From positions 18,352,001 through 18,416,000 of the forward strand of contig OZ024759.1 in assembly GCA_964016885.1 (NCBI GenBank): 64,000 nucleotides of DNA, in the 5' to 3' direction. The stretch comes from Eledone cirrhosa. Taxonomy: Eukaryota. The notes under the pieces are model-generated. The model was not told the origin of the DNA and ran no database searches. It saw nothing but the letters and a program-made list of their open reading frames with translations. This document shows, piece after piece, positions 52,220 through 64,000 of this stretch. How positions within the stretch are numbered: the first letter of the stretch is position 1; each line of letters opens with the position of its first letter. Position numbers and translations under genes: made by a program.

Positions 52220-52862
52220 GGGGGGGGATAAATACAATATTTAAATGGAGGAATTTACTGTGAAATATATTTAGGTGTAAATTATGTCTATCAACTTTGA
52301 AGCTGCCACTTTGAACTGAGAGGTAAAATTCTGAATTGTATTGAAAAATTATTAAATTAATATTTTATTAAATATAACAAAACAAATACACAACAAAATT
52401 ATATAAAGTATTGCTTTCTTAGCACTATTGACTTTTAGCAGTCCCTTCTTTTTTTTTTTCTACCCCCCCCCCCCCCCCATTTTTTTTCATTTGTTTCATT
52501 ATTTGAAATATTACTGCTAACTTTAATGATGGTTATGTTTCATTATTTAATTTGTAGTATTACCTTTTTGTTTTTTTTATATTTACGATATAGCTGTTAA
52601 ATTTAATAAACCGTGTGTGTGTGTGCAAATCTTTGTATCTTTGTTTCATCATCTGGAGGTTTTGAAGTTCAAAGTAATTTATAGAATGCACCTAATATTC
52701 TGGTGCATGCCTGTATGTATGTGTGTGTGTGTGTGTGTATACATGTGTGTTAATATGTATGTGAATATGTATATATGTATATATATATATATAGTAAGAA
52801 TATGAATAAAATTACTCATATATATATATATATATATATATGTGTGTATATATATATATATA

Positions 52863-53382
52863 CAGAGAAGACCCGCCTTACCTAAATACATAGTAAAACC
52901 TACTACAGCCAGTAGGCATCTCTAACAAAATACACCCCCGTCCCACCACCCCACCCCATCCACACCACCCCCTTCTATGTAAAGTTGTGTCGGTGCCACG
53001 CCATCCAGGCCGAAACAAATGAGATCGTGTAGGTGTCACGACAAAAAAACACACAGTCCACGCTGTAATGTGGCCGTGTAGGCAACACGGTAAAAACCTC
53101 CCAGTCCCACACTGTAAATGTGGTTGGTGTTAGGAAGGGCATCCAGCTGTAGAAAACCCGCCACACAGTCCACGCTGTAATGTGGCCGTGTAGGCAACAC
53201 GGTAAAAACCTCCCAGTCCCACACTGTAAATGTGGTTGGTGTTAGGAAGGGCATCCAGCTGTAGAAAACCTGCCAGACAGTCCTATGCGAGCAAGACAAT
53301 CACTCTTGCCTCAAGTGGGAATACCCCCGTCCAAACCCATGCAAGCGTGGAACACGGACGTTAAACGTTGATGATGATGATG
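52863..53382 (+). mobile_element. RTE LINE 3' end with internal ~110-bp tandem duplication
   Basis: Matches 7833-8226. cacacagtccacgctgtaatg...ctgtagaaaacc occurs twice. Confidence 0.92.
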
Positions 53383-53603
53383 TGAGTGTGTGTGTGTGTA
53401 TATATATGGGTTATTTTGTTAATATTCTTGCAACATAGATATGATGGTTCAGCAAAGTTAGTGTTTGATAGACTTCATCAGAAGGAGTAGCTATGTTGTA
53501 AGAAAATGAATAATTCAGCTTATAGCTATCCAGTTCTTTCTCTTTTGTTGTCAACTAAGATCTCTAGATCAGTGCCATATATAGGAGAGACATAAAAAAT
53601 CCA

Positions 53604-53646
53604 GTCACTGAGGAGGTCACAGAATGTGTGACGAAAGAGCTTTGAC
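53604..53646 (+). ncRNA. Hammerhead motif (family of 37687-37731)
   Basis: gtca CTGAGGA g gtcac agaatgt gtgac GAAA gagc TT tgac. Confidence 0.72.
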
Positions 53647-54360
53647 AATATATAAACAACCATCAGGTTATCGAACCAACCAACCAACCAACCAACCGGA
53701 AATTTATAATAAATTGAAGTGAAAACAAACACGTGCGTGTGTTTTTATTGGCATCGTGACCCTTCAACAATATATATATATAAGGGCGGTGGATTGGCAG
53801 TATCGGTAGAGGGTCGCACGCCATGCTTTCTAGCATAGTTACGTCCCTTTACGATCTGAGTTCAAATCCCGCCGAGGTTGACTTTGCCCTTCATCTTTAC
53901 GGAGTCGATAAAATAAAGTACCAGTAATACACTGGATAATTGCTGGCCTTGTGCCTAAAGTAGAAACAAATATATATATATTTATATACATATTGTTAGA
54001 AGGTCATTTTGCCAATAAAAACATATATATATATATATTGCAGAAGAATTTTGCTTATCTTACTTGTTACATTGTCACTACTTGAGGATAAGCTGGTCCT
54101 AGTGAACCAAAGCACTTCATGTCAGTAGTTTATCCCAGGTAAGTAATTAGGAGTGCCGGAGTATTCATTTATCAAATAATTGTTTCTACTTTTGGCACAA
54201 GGCCAGCAATTACTCAGTACATTACTGGTACTTTATTTTATCGACCCCGTAAGGATGAAAGGCAAAGTTAACCTCAACGGGATTTTAACTCAGTCCATAA
54301 AGGGACGTAACTCTATGCTAGAAAGCATGGCATCCGACCCTCTACTGATACTGCCAATCC

Positions 54361-54480
54361 AATCAAATAATGGTAGTTAAGACGGGATTATTTCACCATA
54401 ATTGTTTATTGCATGATATATACCATCCAATAAACAATTACGGTGCATTAATCACGTCTTAACTACCAATATTTGATTTA
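54361..54480. repeat. Fold-back (~50-bp arms)
   Basis: aatcaaataatggtagttaagacg...aattgtttattg / caataaacaatt...cgtcttaactaccaatatttgatt. Confidence 0.8.
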
Positions 54481-54655
54481 TATTTACTTTGGATTATCTC
54501 TATTTATCCTATTATACATATTTCGAAAATTCAAGGCTTACATATAATATAATCCAAAACATGTTCTTGTCACACCAAATGCATAAGGAGATGCAGAATT
54601 CTTTTGATATACTGGCAGTCAAATGAGCTGGACAGATTGGTGACAACGTAGCATA

Positions 54656-54720
<65 letters not shown>

Positions 54721-56322
54721 AGGTGCATGACTTAGTGGTTAGAGCATTGGGCTTGCAATCGAAAGGTTGTGAGTTCAATTCTCAGACCGGGTGATGTGTT
54801 GTTTCCTTGAGCAAGACACTTTATTTCATATTGCTCCAGTTTACTCAGCTGTAGAAATGAGATGATAGGGACTGGGGTCCCTATCATTCCACTGCAAAGT
54901 GGTCGTGGAGGTGCCACGGCAAAAAAGCTCCCAGCACTCACTGTAAATGAGGTTGGTGTTAGGAAGGGCATCCAGCTGTAGAAATCAAGCCAGAATCAGT
55001 TCCCGTCCCACCCTTGCAAGCAGGGAAAAGCGGACGTAAAATGATGATGATGATGATGATGAATGATGATACTGGCAGTCAAATGAGCTGGACAGATCGG
55101 TGACAACCTAGCATATGATATATATATATATAGTGAAGGTGCATGACTTAGTGGTTAGAGCATTGGGCTTGCAATCGAAAGGTTGTGAGTTCAATTCTCA
55201 GACCGGGTGATGTGTTGTTTCCTTGAGCAAGACACTTTATTTCACATTGCTCCAATTTACTCAGCTGTAGAAATGAGATGATAGGAGGGGTCCCTATCAT
55301 TCCTCTCTAAAGTTGTCGTGGAGATGCCACGGCAAAAAAGCACCCAGCCCACACTGTAAAGTAGATGTGTAGGTGCCACGGAAAAAAAAAAGCACCCAGC
55401 ATTCACTGTAAAGGAGGTTGGTGTTAAGAAGGGCATCCAGCTGTAGAAGTCAAGCCAGAATCAGTTCCCGTATGAGCAAGACAAGGTCAGCAGGCAGGAC
55501 ACTGCCCACAACAGGACAACTGTCCAACACTTGCAAGCAGGGAAAACTGGACGTAAAATGATGATGATGATATATATATATATAGAGAGAGAGCTATATA
55601 AAACTTGCCAAACAATGGGTTGGGAGAATTCTTCAGCTGTGTTAAAGACATAAACTCTCTAGCTCTGAAGTTTACCAAATTCCACTTACAAGGCATTCAT
55701 CCACCTGGAACTATAGTAGAGGACATTTGCCCAATGTGCCACATGGTGGCCCAGAACCAGACAGTTGCAGAGTAAACTCCTTAACCACACAGCTATGACT
55801 GTGCCTAAGCCTTCACACACATTTACAAGTACACATGAACTCCCATACTTCTTTTATGCTTTTGTTCATATAATTTCATTATTTTTTAACTGGTCAATAA
55901 ATCATTACATTAGTAATAATGTCCTGCTGTCAATGATTGGGTCAATGGATTCACACAATGGATTCCTCATCTATTTGTTGTCGCTGTTGTTCATGTTGTC
56001 ATACTTGCTGTTCTTTGTTTGTTTCCTTTTCACCTGTTATTAGATCTTTAGCAAAATTACACCTCTCACTCATTATGTCCTTGAAACATCATATCTTTCA
56101 AAATATGAGTCTTAAATAAACAGAAAGAAGAAAATGAAGCAGAAATCAATTATTTTTTAAATCAATTTTTGTTTTCAAATTTTATCTATTTTTATATATG
56201 TATGTATATTATTTCGATTTTATTATTTTTCCAATTATTATTATTATCATTTTTTTATTTTTAGAAAACATTTTTTTTTTCAATTTTCCATTTTATTTTT
56301 ATTTATTTTTTTTTTTTTTCAG

Positions 56323-56413
56323 AATCACTAAAAGCGGTCTGTCATTGTTTTTTGGCATCTCAGAATATTGTTCGTCATGATTTCGAGGTTGTAGAAAAAC
56401 AGAAACTTGAACG
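56323..56413 (+). CDS. INPP5F: SAC2/INPP5F-like exon (91 nt)
   Basis: Long T tract plus cag| acceptor, CG|gtaact donor, phase 1 to 2. Reads (E)SLKAVCHCFLASQNIVRHDFEVVEKQKLE(R), similar to SAC2 DTLQCIAEML...IIEKKLER. Confidence 0.85.
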
Positions 56414-59400
56414 GTAACTAAAAACTCTCTACATAATCATTTTTAATTTTTATTTTTTATTTTTTAATATATTTTCATGTTGAGTCTTAAAAAAAAATAT
56501 GGATATTTTTTCATTTTACACCTTTTAAAAATTTTCTTGTTTTGCTTTTATTTTCTTGTTTTGTTTATTTTTTTTTCTCCATGTTTACCATTGTTTGTTG
56601 TGAAGGCATGTGGCTTAAGGGTTAGGGTGTTCAAGACATGATCATAAGGTCATGAGTTCAATTTACAGTGGCGCATTGTGTCCTTGAACAAAACACTTTA
56701 TTTCATGATGCTCCAGTCCACTCAGTTTTGGAATACAACTAAAAAAATGAGTAATACCAGTAATTCATAGGACCAATCTTGTAATCATATATTTACCTGA
56801 GAACTATGCGAAGGGCACATATAGCTTTGGAATGCTCAGCCACTTTCATATTAATTTCACAAGTCGGTTATAGCATTGATTGAACAATTGAAACACTTGT
56901 TGGACCTGATGGTGGTTTAACAATCCTGATTTCTTATTGAGATACTAACCATTCCTTTATAACTTATCTCAACATTTCATGGTAATAAAAGACACTGTTT
57001 ATTACTTTCAAATCATTCTGACACTAATCAAGAATTTGGAAGGATTTAGTAAAATAACTAACTTTTTTATTATTAAGTTGGTGTTTTGTACACAGTTTAA
57101 CAAGAGTTCATACATGAAATTATGATGGAATGTTTTTAGATAAATATAAACATTTTAATCCTTTCATTAGCATATTTCTAAAGAAAGATTTTCAAATAGT
57201 TTTAAATATAATGAAGATTTTTGAGTGAGTTAGTAAAATAACTAACTTTGTTGTTATTAAGTTCGTGATAAAATTATGATGGAATATTTTTAGATAAATA
57301 TAAACATTTCAACCCTTTCATTACCATATTTCTAATGAAAAAATGCTTTCTATGATTTTCCAATAATTTTAAATATAATGAAGAATGAGTTAGAAAAATA
57401 ACTACCTTTCCCATTATTAAGTTGGTTTTAGATAAATATCTATACTTTAACCCATTCTTTATTATAATTTTAATGAAAAACACTTCTTATGATTTTTAAG
57501 ATAATGAAGAATTTAGAGGGATTTAGTAAAAACTTGCTCATTAAGCTAACATACAAGTTTGTGTTTAGAACATAATTTAACAAAGGTTTTTATATAAAAT
57601 TATAATCGATGTGTTTTAGATAAAATTAAGCACTTTAACCCTTTCATTACCATATTTCTAATGAAAGACACTGCTTCTGAGTTTCAATTAATTTTTTAAA
57701 TAATTAACAATTTCGAGGAAACATTCTCATAATTAAGTAGTATTTGTTTTGATTCTGAGGTCAACATTGTTTTTCATCCTTTTGAGGTCGATAAAAAATA
57801 TACCAGTACAGGACTGGATCGATTCTTCCTACACATCTTTTTCTTATTTTCCTCTTCTCTCATTCTGATAGAATATTCTTTTAGATAAATTAAAAAAACT
57901 TATTAAATATTTTGATACCATGTCATCTAAAATTATCCTGGATTAAAAAAAGAAAAAAAACTGCTTATTTTAAAATCTTTGTCTTTACATTAAAACTTTT
58001 CATCATAATTGTACTTTAGAAATTTTGTACAAGCAAAGCTCCCAATAGCAACTTATATATTTTATTAAATTCCTTCAAGTTTTTGGTTGTTTACAAATTT
58101 ATTAAAACACACCATATATATTTTATTAAAAATATATTAATATAAGGGTTAGTGAAGGTGCATAGTTTAGTGGTTAGAGCGTTGGGCTTGCAATTGAGAG
58201 GTTGTGAGTTCAATTCTCGGACTGGTGATGCGTTGTGTCTTTGAGCAAGACACTTTATTTCACATTGTTCCAGTTTACTGAGCTGTAGAAGTGGTTGTGA
58301 CATCACTGGTGCCAAGCTGCATTGGCCATTGCCTTTCCCTTGGGCAGCATATGTGGCGTGGAGAAGGAATACTAGTATGCATGGGTGACTGTTGGTCTTC
58401 TACAAACAAACCTTTCCCAGGCTTGTGCCTCAGACAGAAACTTTCTAGGTGCAAAACCATGACCATGAGTGACCAATGGGGACCTTTAATAATTTAAGGG
58501 TCACAATAATATCTCGGAATGATTGGTGTTGTTTCTTGAGTTCCAGAAACCATGGTCGGGGAACTGTATAAGTAAAACTGACATATTTTAGCTATTCTAG
58601 CTTATATCTCCACAAATTGAGATTTTGGCTTAAGTTTAATATATTTTATTACTTCTCTGAGTAGATAATTTATTAATATTATTAATCCTATCCTACAAGG
58701 GCGGGGAATTGGCAGTATCGGTAGAGAGTCAGACGCCATGCTTTCTAGCATAGTTACGTCCCTTTACAGTCTGAGTTCAAATCCCGCCGAGGTTAACTTT
58801 GCCTTTCATCCTTACGGGGTCGATAAAATAAAGTACCAGTAATGTACTGGGTAATTGCTGGCCTTGTGCCTAAAGTAGATACAATTATTAATCCTATCCT
58901 ACGGCCCTTGCCATTCTGAGTTCAAATCCCGCCGAGGTTAACTTTGCCTTTCATCCTTACGGGGTCGATAAAATAAAGTACCAGTAATGTACTGGATAAT
59001 TGATGGCCTTGTGCCAAAAGTAGAAACAATTATTAATCCTATCCCTTCATTGAGATGTCTACATATTAGAGATAAATAACTCTGTACAATACATTAGAGT
59101 ACTCTTCTTTTCTTTACCTTTTCTACAGAAATACTTAACACACACACACACATATTTATTCATTCATTCATTCATTCATTCATTTCATTTTACGTCCGCT
59201 TTTCCCTGCTTGCAAGGGTGGGACGGGAATTGATCTTGGCTTGATTTCTACAGCTGGATGCCCTTCCTAACACCAACCTCATTTACAGTGAGTGCTGGGT
59301 GCTTTTTTGCCGTGGCACCTACACGACCACTTTTCAGTGGAATGATAGGGAACCCAGTCCCTATCATCTCATTTCTACAGCTGAGTAAACTGGAGCAATG

Positions 59401-59926
59401 TGAAATAAAGTGTCTTGCTCAAGGAAACAACACATCACCCGGTCTGAGAATTGAACTCACAACCTTTCGATTGCAAGGCCAATGTTCTAACCACTAAGCC
59501 ATGTGCCTCCATATATATATTATTATTAATATTTCTCAGGGCAGTGGATTGGCAGTATCGGTAGAGAGTCGGACACCATGCTTTGAAGCATAGAGTTACG
59601 TCCCTTTATAATCTGAGTTCAAATCCCGCCAAGGTTAACTTTGCCTTTCATCCTTACGGGGTCGATAAAATAAAGTACCAGTAATGTACTGGGTAATTGC
59701 TGGCCTTGTGCCTAAAATAGAAACAATTATTAATATATCTCAAATAAGGCTCAGAATTAATTAATGACTGACTAATTAAAATATATCATCATCATCATCA
59801 CCGTTTTACGTCCGTTCTTCCACGCTAGCATGGGTTAGACGGGTTGTCCTGTTGTGTGCAGTGTCTGGTCGGCTGACCATGCCTTGCTCATACAGGAACT
59901 GATCTATATATGTGTGTGTGTGTGTG

Positions 59927-59959
<33 letters not shown>

Positions 59960-60224
59960 GTCCCACCCTTGCAAGCAGGGAAAAGCAGACGTAAAATGAT
60001 GATGATGTATATATTTATATATATGTATATATAATCATCGTTTTGTCTCTGGGGGGATATCTGGCTGTGTATATATATAAAAGCACAAGTAACGTGCTGG
60101 GGCCGATTTAATCGAATCCCCCGCCCCCCCAAAAAATTACTGGCCTTGTGCCTAAATCAGAAATTATTATACATTTTGTATCTTCATTTCACATGGGAAT
60201 CCTCTTTTAATAATTGATTAAAAT

Positions 60225-60751
60225 GAGAACCCACATGTATAGATACATGTGTTCATACATAGATGCATGCATGCACACATGTGCATACATATGTAAGCAC
60301 ATATGCTTGCATGCACACATACATGCATGCATGCAAAGAAAAGTGCATGCAGCCACACATACATGCAAAATGACATTCATTCACATATGTGTACGCACAT
60401 GTATGCACATGACAAATTAGTGAATAATTATATGCACATGCATGTATGAACCTCCAAAGCAGTGCATACATACACAAAGGATGAGAAAAATAGATGCACA
60501 CTCACACACACAAATATATGCACACGTACACACAAACATATGCATACACATTCAAATTTACACACAGACACACAAATATATCATACTATTTCATGCACTC
60601 ACACATGCACAGAAAAATACACACATATATATATATATATACATAAACATGCACAGCACAGAAAAGTACAAATATAAACACATATGCACTCACAGAAAAT
60701 CACAAATATATATGTATATATACACACATATACACATCCATGCACAGAAAA

Positions 60752-60787
<36 letters not shown>

Positions 60788-61011
60788 ACACACATATATA
60801 TATATATGTGTGTGTGCACACATATACACATCCATCCACAGAAAAATACACACTCACACACACACACATACATATATATATATATGTGTGTGTGCACACA
60901 TATACACATCCTTGCACAGAAAAATACACACTCACACACACACACATACATATATATATATATGTGTGTGTGCACACATATACACATCCATGCACAGAAA
61001 AATACACACTC

Positions 61012-61063
<52 letters not shown>

Positions 61064-62179
61064 ATATGTGTGTAGAAAAACGCACAGAAAATGCACAGAA
61101 AAACGCCCCTATATACACACATGCACCAAAGAACACACACATATACATACATACGCACATATACACACACACGCATGTATGTTTGGGCAGGAAAATTGCA
61201 TAATTTGTATAGATTTCCTATTATATTAAGATTTATGTGAAATATTTGTCAAATCTAGAATGTGAAATGAAATTATTATAAATAAAAATCTGAAAATATC
61301 AATAATATGTTGCTTTCATTAAGTTTCATAGTTCAACGTGGTAGACGCATACATATTCACACACACACTCACACATATTCACACACACACTCACACATAC
61401 ATATACAGACACACAGACATACACATACAAACACATACTCAGATACAAGCACACACACTCACAAGTACATATACAGGCACAAAGACGCACATGTACTCAC
61501 TCATACAAACACATACTCAGATACAAACACACACACACTCACACATACATATACAGACACACACACACTCACACGTACATATACAGGCACACAGACACAC
61601 ACATACTCACTCATACAAACACATACTCAGATACAAACACACACACTCACAAGTACATATACAGGTACACAGACACACACATACTCAGATACAAACACAC
61701 ACACACACTCACACATTAAGTTTCATAGTTCAACATGGTAGATGCATACACATTCTCGCACACGCACACACTCACACATACATATACAGACACACGGACA
61801 TGCACATGCAAACACATACAAACACACACACACTCACACATACAGACACATACCCATCCATAAACACATATACACTCACACATATACACGCACACACAGA
61901 CACACACGCATGCACTTGTATATAAATATGCACATGCATGTACTTGTACATACACACACATGCACATGCATATTCAAACACACACATATGCACATACAAA
62001 CATGCTCACACTTATGTGTATAAAAATATACACACACATATATATGTATATAAATATACACACACTTGCACAAATAAACACTTACACACACAAAAACACG
62101 TACTGGCACGCATATTCATACACACACACACATGCAAACTCTCATACATATACATTCACACATCTAAATACTTACACCC

Positions 62180-62210
<31 letters not shown>

Positions 62211-62302
62211 CATGCATGCACTTTCATATACATGTACATACACATTCACATGCACACACACTCCAACATAGACATATACGCACTCTGTCTCTCACACACA
62301 TG

Positions 62303-62337
<35 letters not shown>

Positions 62338-62388
62338 GTTCAACCCCTTGCTAGCAGGGATAACAAACATTAAATGTTGATGATGACA

Positions 62389-62456
<68 letters not shown>

Positions 62457-62540
62457 CACACATATACACACACAAAATATAGATATTGCGTATGAGAATG
62501 TATACCATAAATATATGAAAACATAAAACACATAAGCATG

Positions 62541-62576
<36 letters not shown>

Positions 62577-62623
62577 GTGTGTGTGTGTGTATGTATTTAT
62601 ATATATGTGTGTGTGTGTGTATG

Positions 62624-62654
<31 letters not shown>

Positions 62655-62787
62655 ATGTATTTATATATATATATATATATGTATGTAGTTATGTACATAT
62701 ATATGTATGTGTATATATATATATATATATGTGTATGTATTTATGTATATATATACAGACATACGTATATATATATATATGTATTTA

Positions 62788-62818
<31 letters not shown>

Positions 62819-62893
62819 TTAAGTATATATATATATATATGTATGTATTTAAGTATATGTATATATATATATATATATATGTATGTATTTAAG

Positions 62894-62924
<31 letters not shown>

Positions 62925-62932
62925 GTATTTAA

Positions 62933-62968
<36 letters not shown>

Positions 62969-63141
62969 TTAAGTATATATATATATATATATATATGTAT
63001 TTAAGTATATATATATATATATGTATGTATTTAAGTATATGTATATATATATATATATATATATGTATTTAAGTATATATATATATATATATATATGTAT
63101 TTAAGTATATATATATATATATATGTATGTATTTAAGTATA

Positions 63142-63199
<58 letters not shown>

Positions 63200-63280
63200 C
63201 ATACATACATGTATATATGTACACATATATATGTCCACATATACATGTACACATATATATATGTACATATACATACACGC
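60225..63280. repeat. Extended CA/TA low-complexity region including (gtatttaagt(at)n) units
   Basis: Directly visible. Confidence 0.9.
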
Positions 63281-64000
63281 ACTGTATTTTTCAGTAACTG
63301 TGATAATTAATTATTTTGTTAGATGTTTTATTCTAGATTATAATCAATTTTACTATGCTAGGTTGATTTCTTTTAGGTTTCCGACCATGAAATATCTAGA
63401 ATTTTCCACAATTTTCCACAATATTCTCCAAGGAATATATATATTGCATTTATTAATAAAAACAATTGCAAATAAATATTGAAAACTTTGTATTTATTTC
63501 TTCCTTCCACAGAAAATGTTATCAACATTGAAATATAATTAATGTTAACTAAACTAAGATGACTCCGTTGGAAAGATCATCATCATCATCATCATTTCAT
63601 TTTACGTCCACTTTTCCCTGCTTGCAAGGGTGGGACGGGAACTGATTCTGGCTTGATTTCTACAGCTGGATGCCCTTCCTAACACCAACCTCATTTACAG
63701 TGAGTGCTGGGTGCTTTTTTTACCGTGGCACCTACACGACCACTTTGCAGTGGAATGATAGGGACCCCAGTCCCTATCATCTCATTTCTACAGCTGAGTA
63801 AACTGGAGCAATGTGAAATAAAGTGTCTTGCTCAAGGAAACAACACATCACCCGTCTGAGAATTGAACTCACAACCTTTCGATTGCAAGGCCAATGCTCT
63901 AACCACTAAGCCATGTGCCTCCAAAGATACCTTGTTTAATTGTGTGACAGTTATCATAAGTATTGTCATAACTGCGGTCGTCCTCGTCATTAGAGTCATC

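Noticed and set aside
53465-53490. Additional hammerhead (CTGATGA on - strand); likewise CCGATGA at 22840
   Set aside because: No correctly placed GAAA, stem III and stem I partner was found.

Overview
Eukaryotic, AT-rich and extremely repeat-rich genomic DNA. The (TA)n/(GAT)n microsatellites, RTE LINEs and tRNA-derived SINEs suggest a coleoid cephalopod such as Octopus (inference). The only host gene I can support is on the + strand: five small exons (1-164, 3650-3721, 8594-8667, 41657-41812, 56323-56413) with canonical GT-AG sites and matching phases. They splice to the hSac2-domain region of the phosphoinositide phosphatase SAC2/INPP5F, with introns of about 3.5, 4.9, 33 and 14.5 kb. Almost all ORFs in the supplied track are artefacts of satellites or SINEs. 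The introns hold RTE, Tx1/L1-like and CR1-like LINE fragments, two abundant SINE families, a hAT MITE and many satellites. The most striking unexplained signal is about 15-20 type I hammerhead ribozyme motifs (CUGANGA...GAAA-short, often palindromic stem III-UH, closed by stem I, usually followed by AATAAA). They sit in short, often fold-back elements inserted in (TA)n tracts, belong to many unrelated sequence families, and include core variants (UUGAUAA, CCGANGA). This architecture resembles Penelope-like-element pseudo-LTR remnants. All calls were made by eye, with no database searches.
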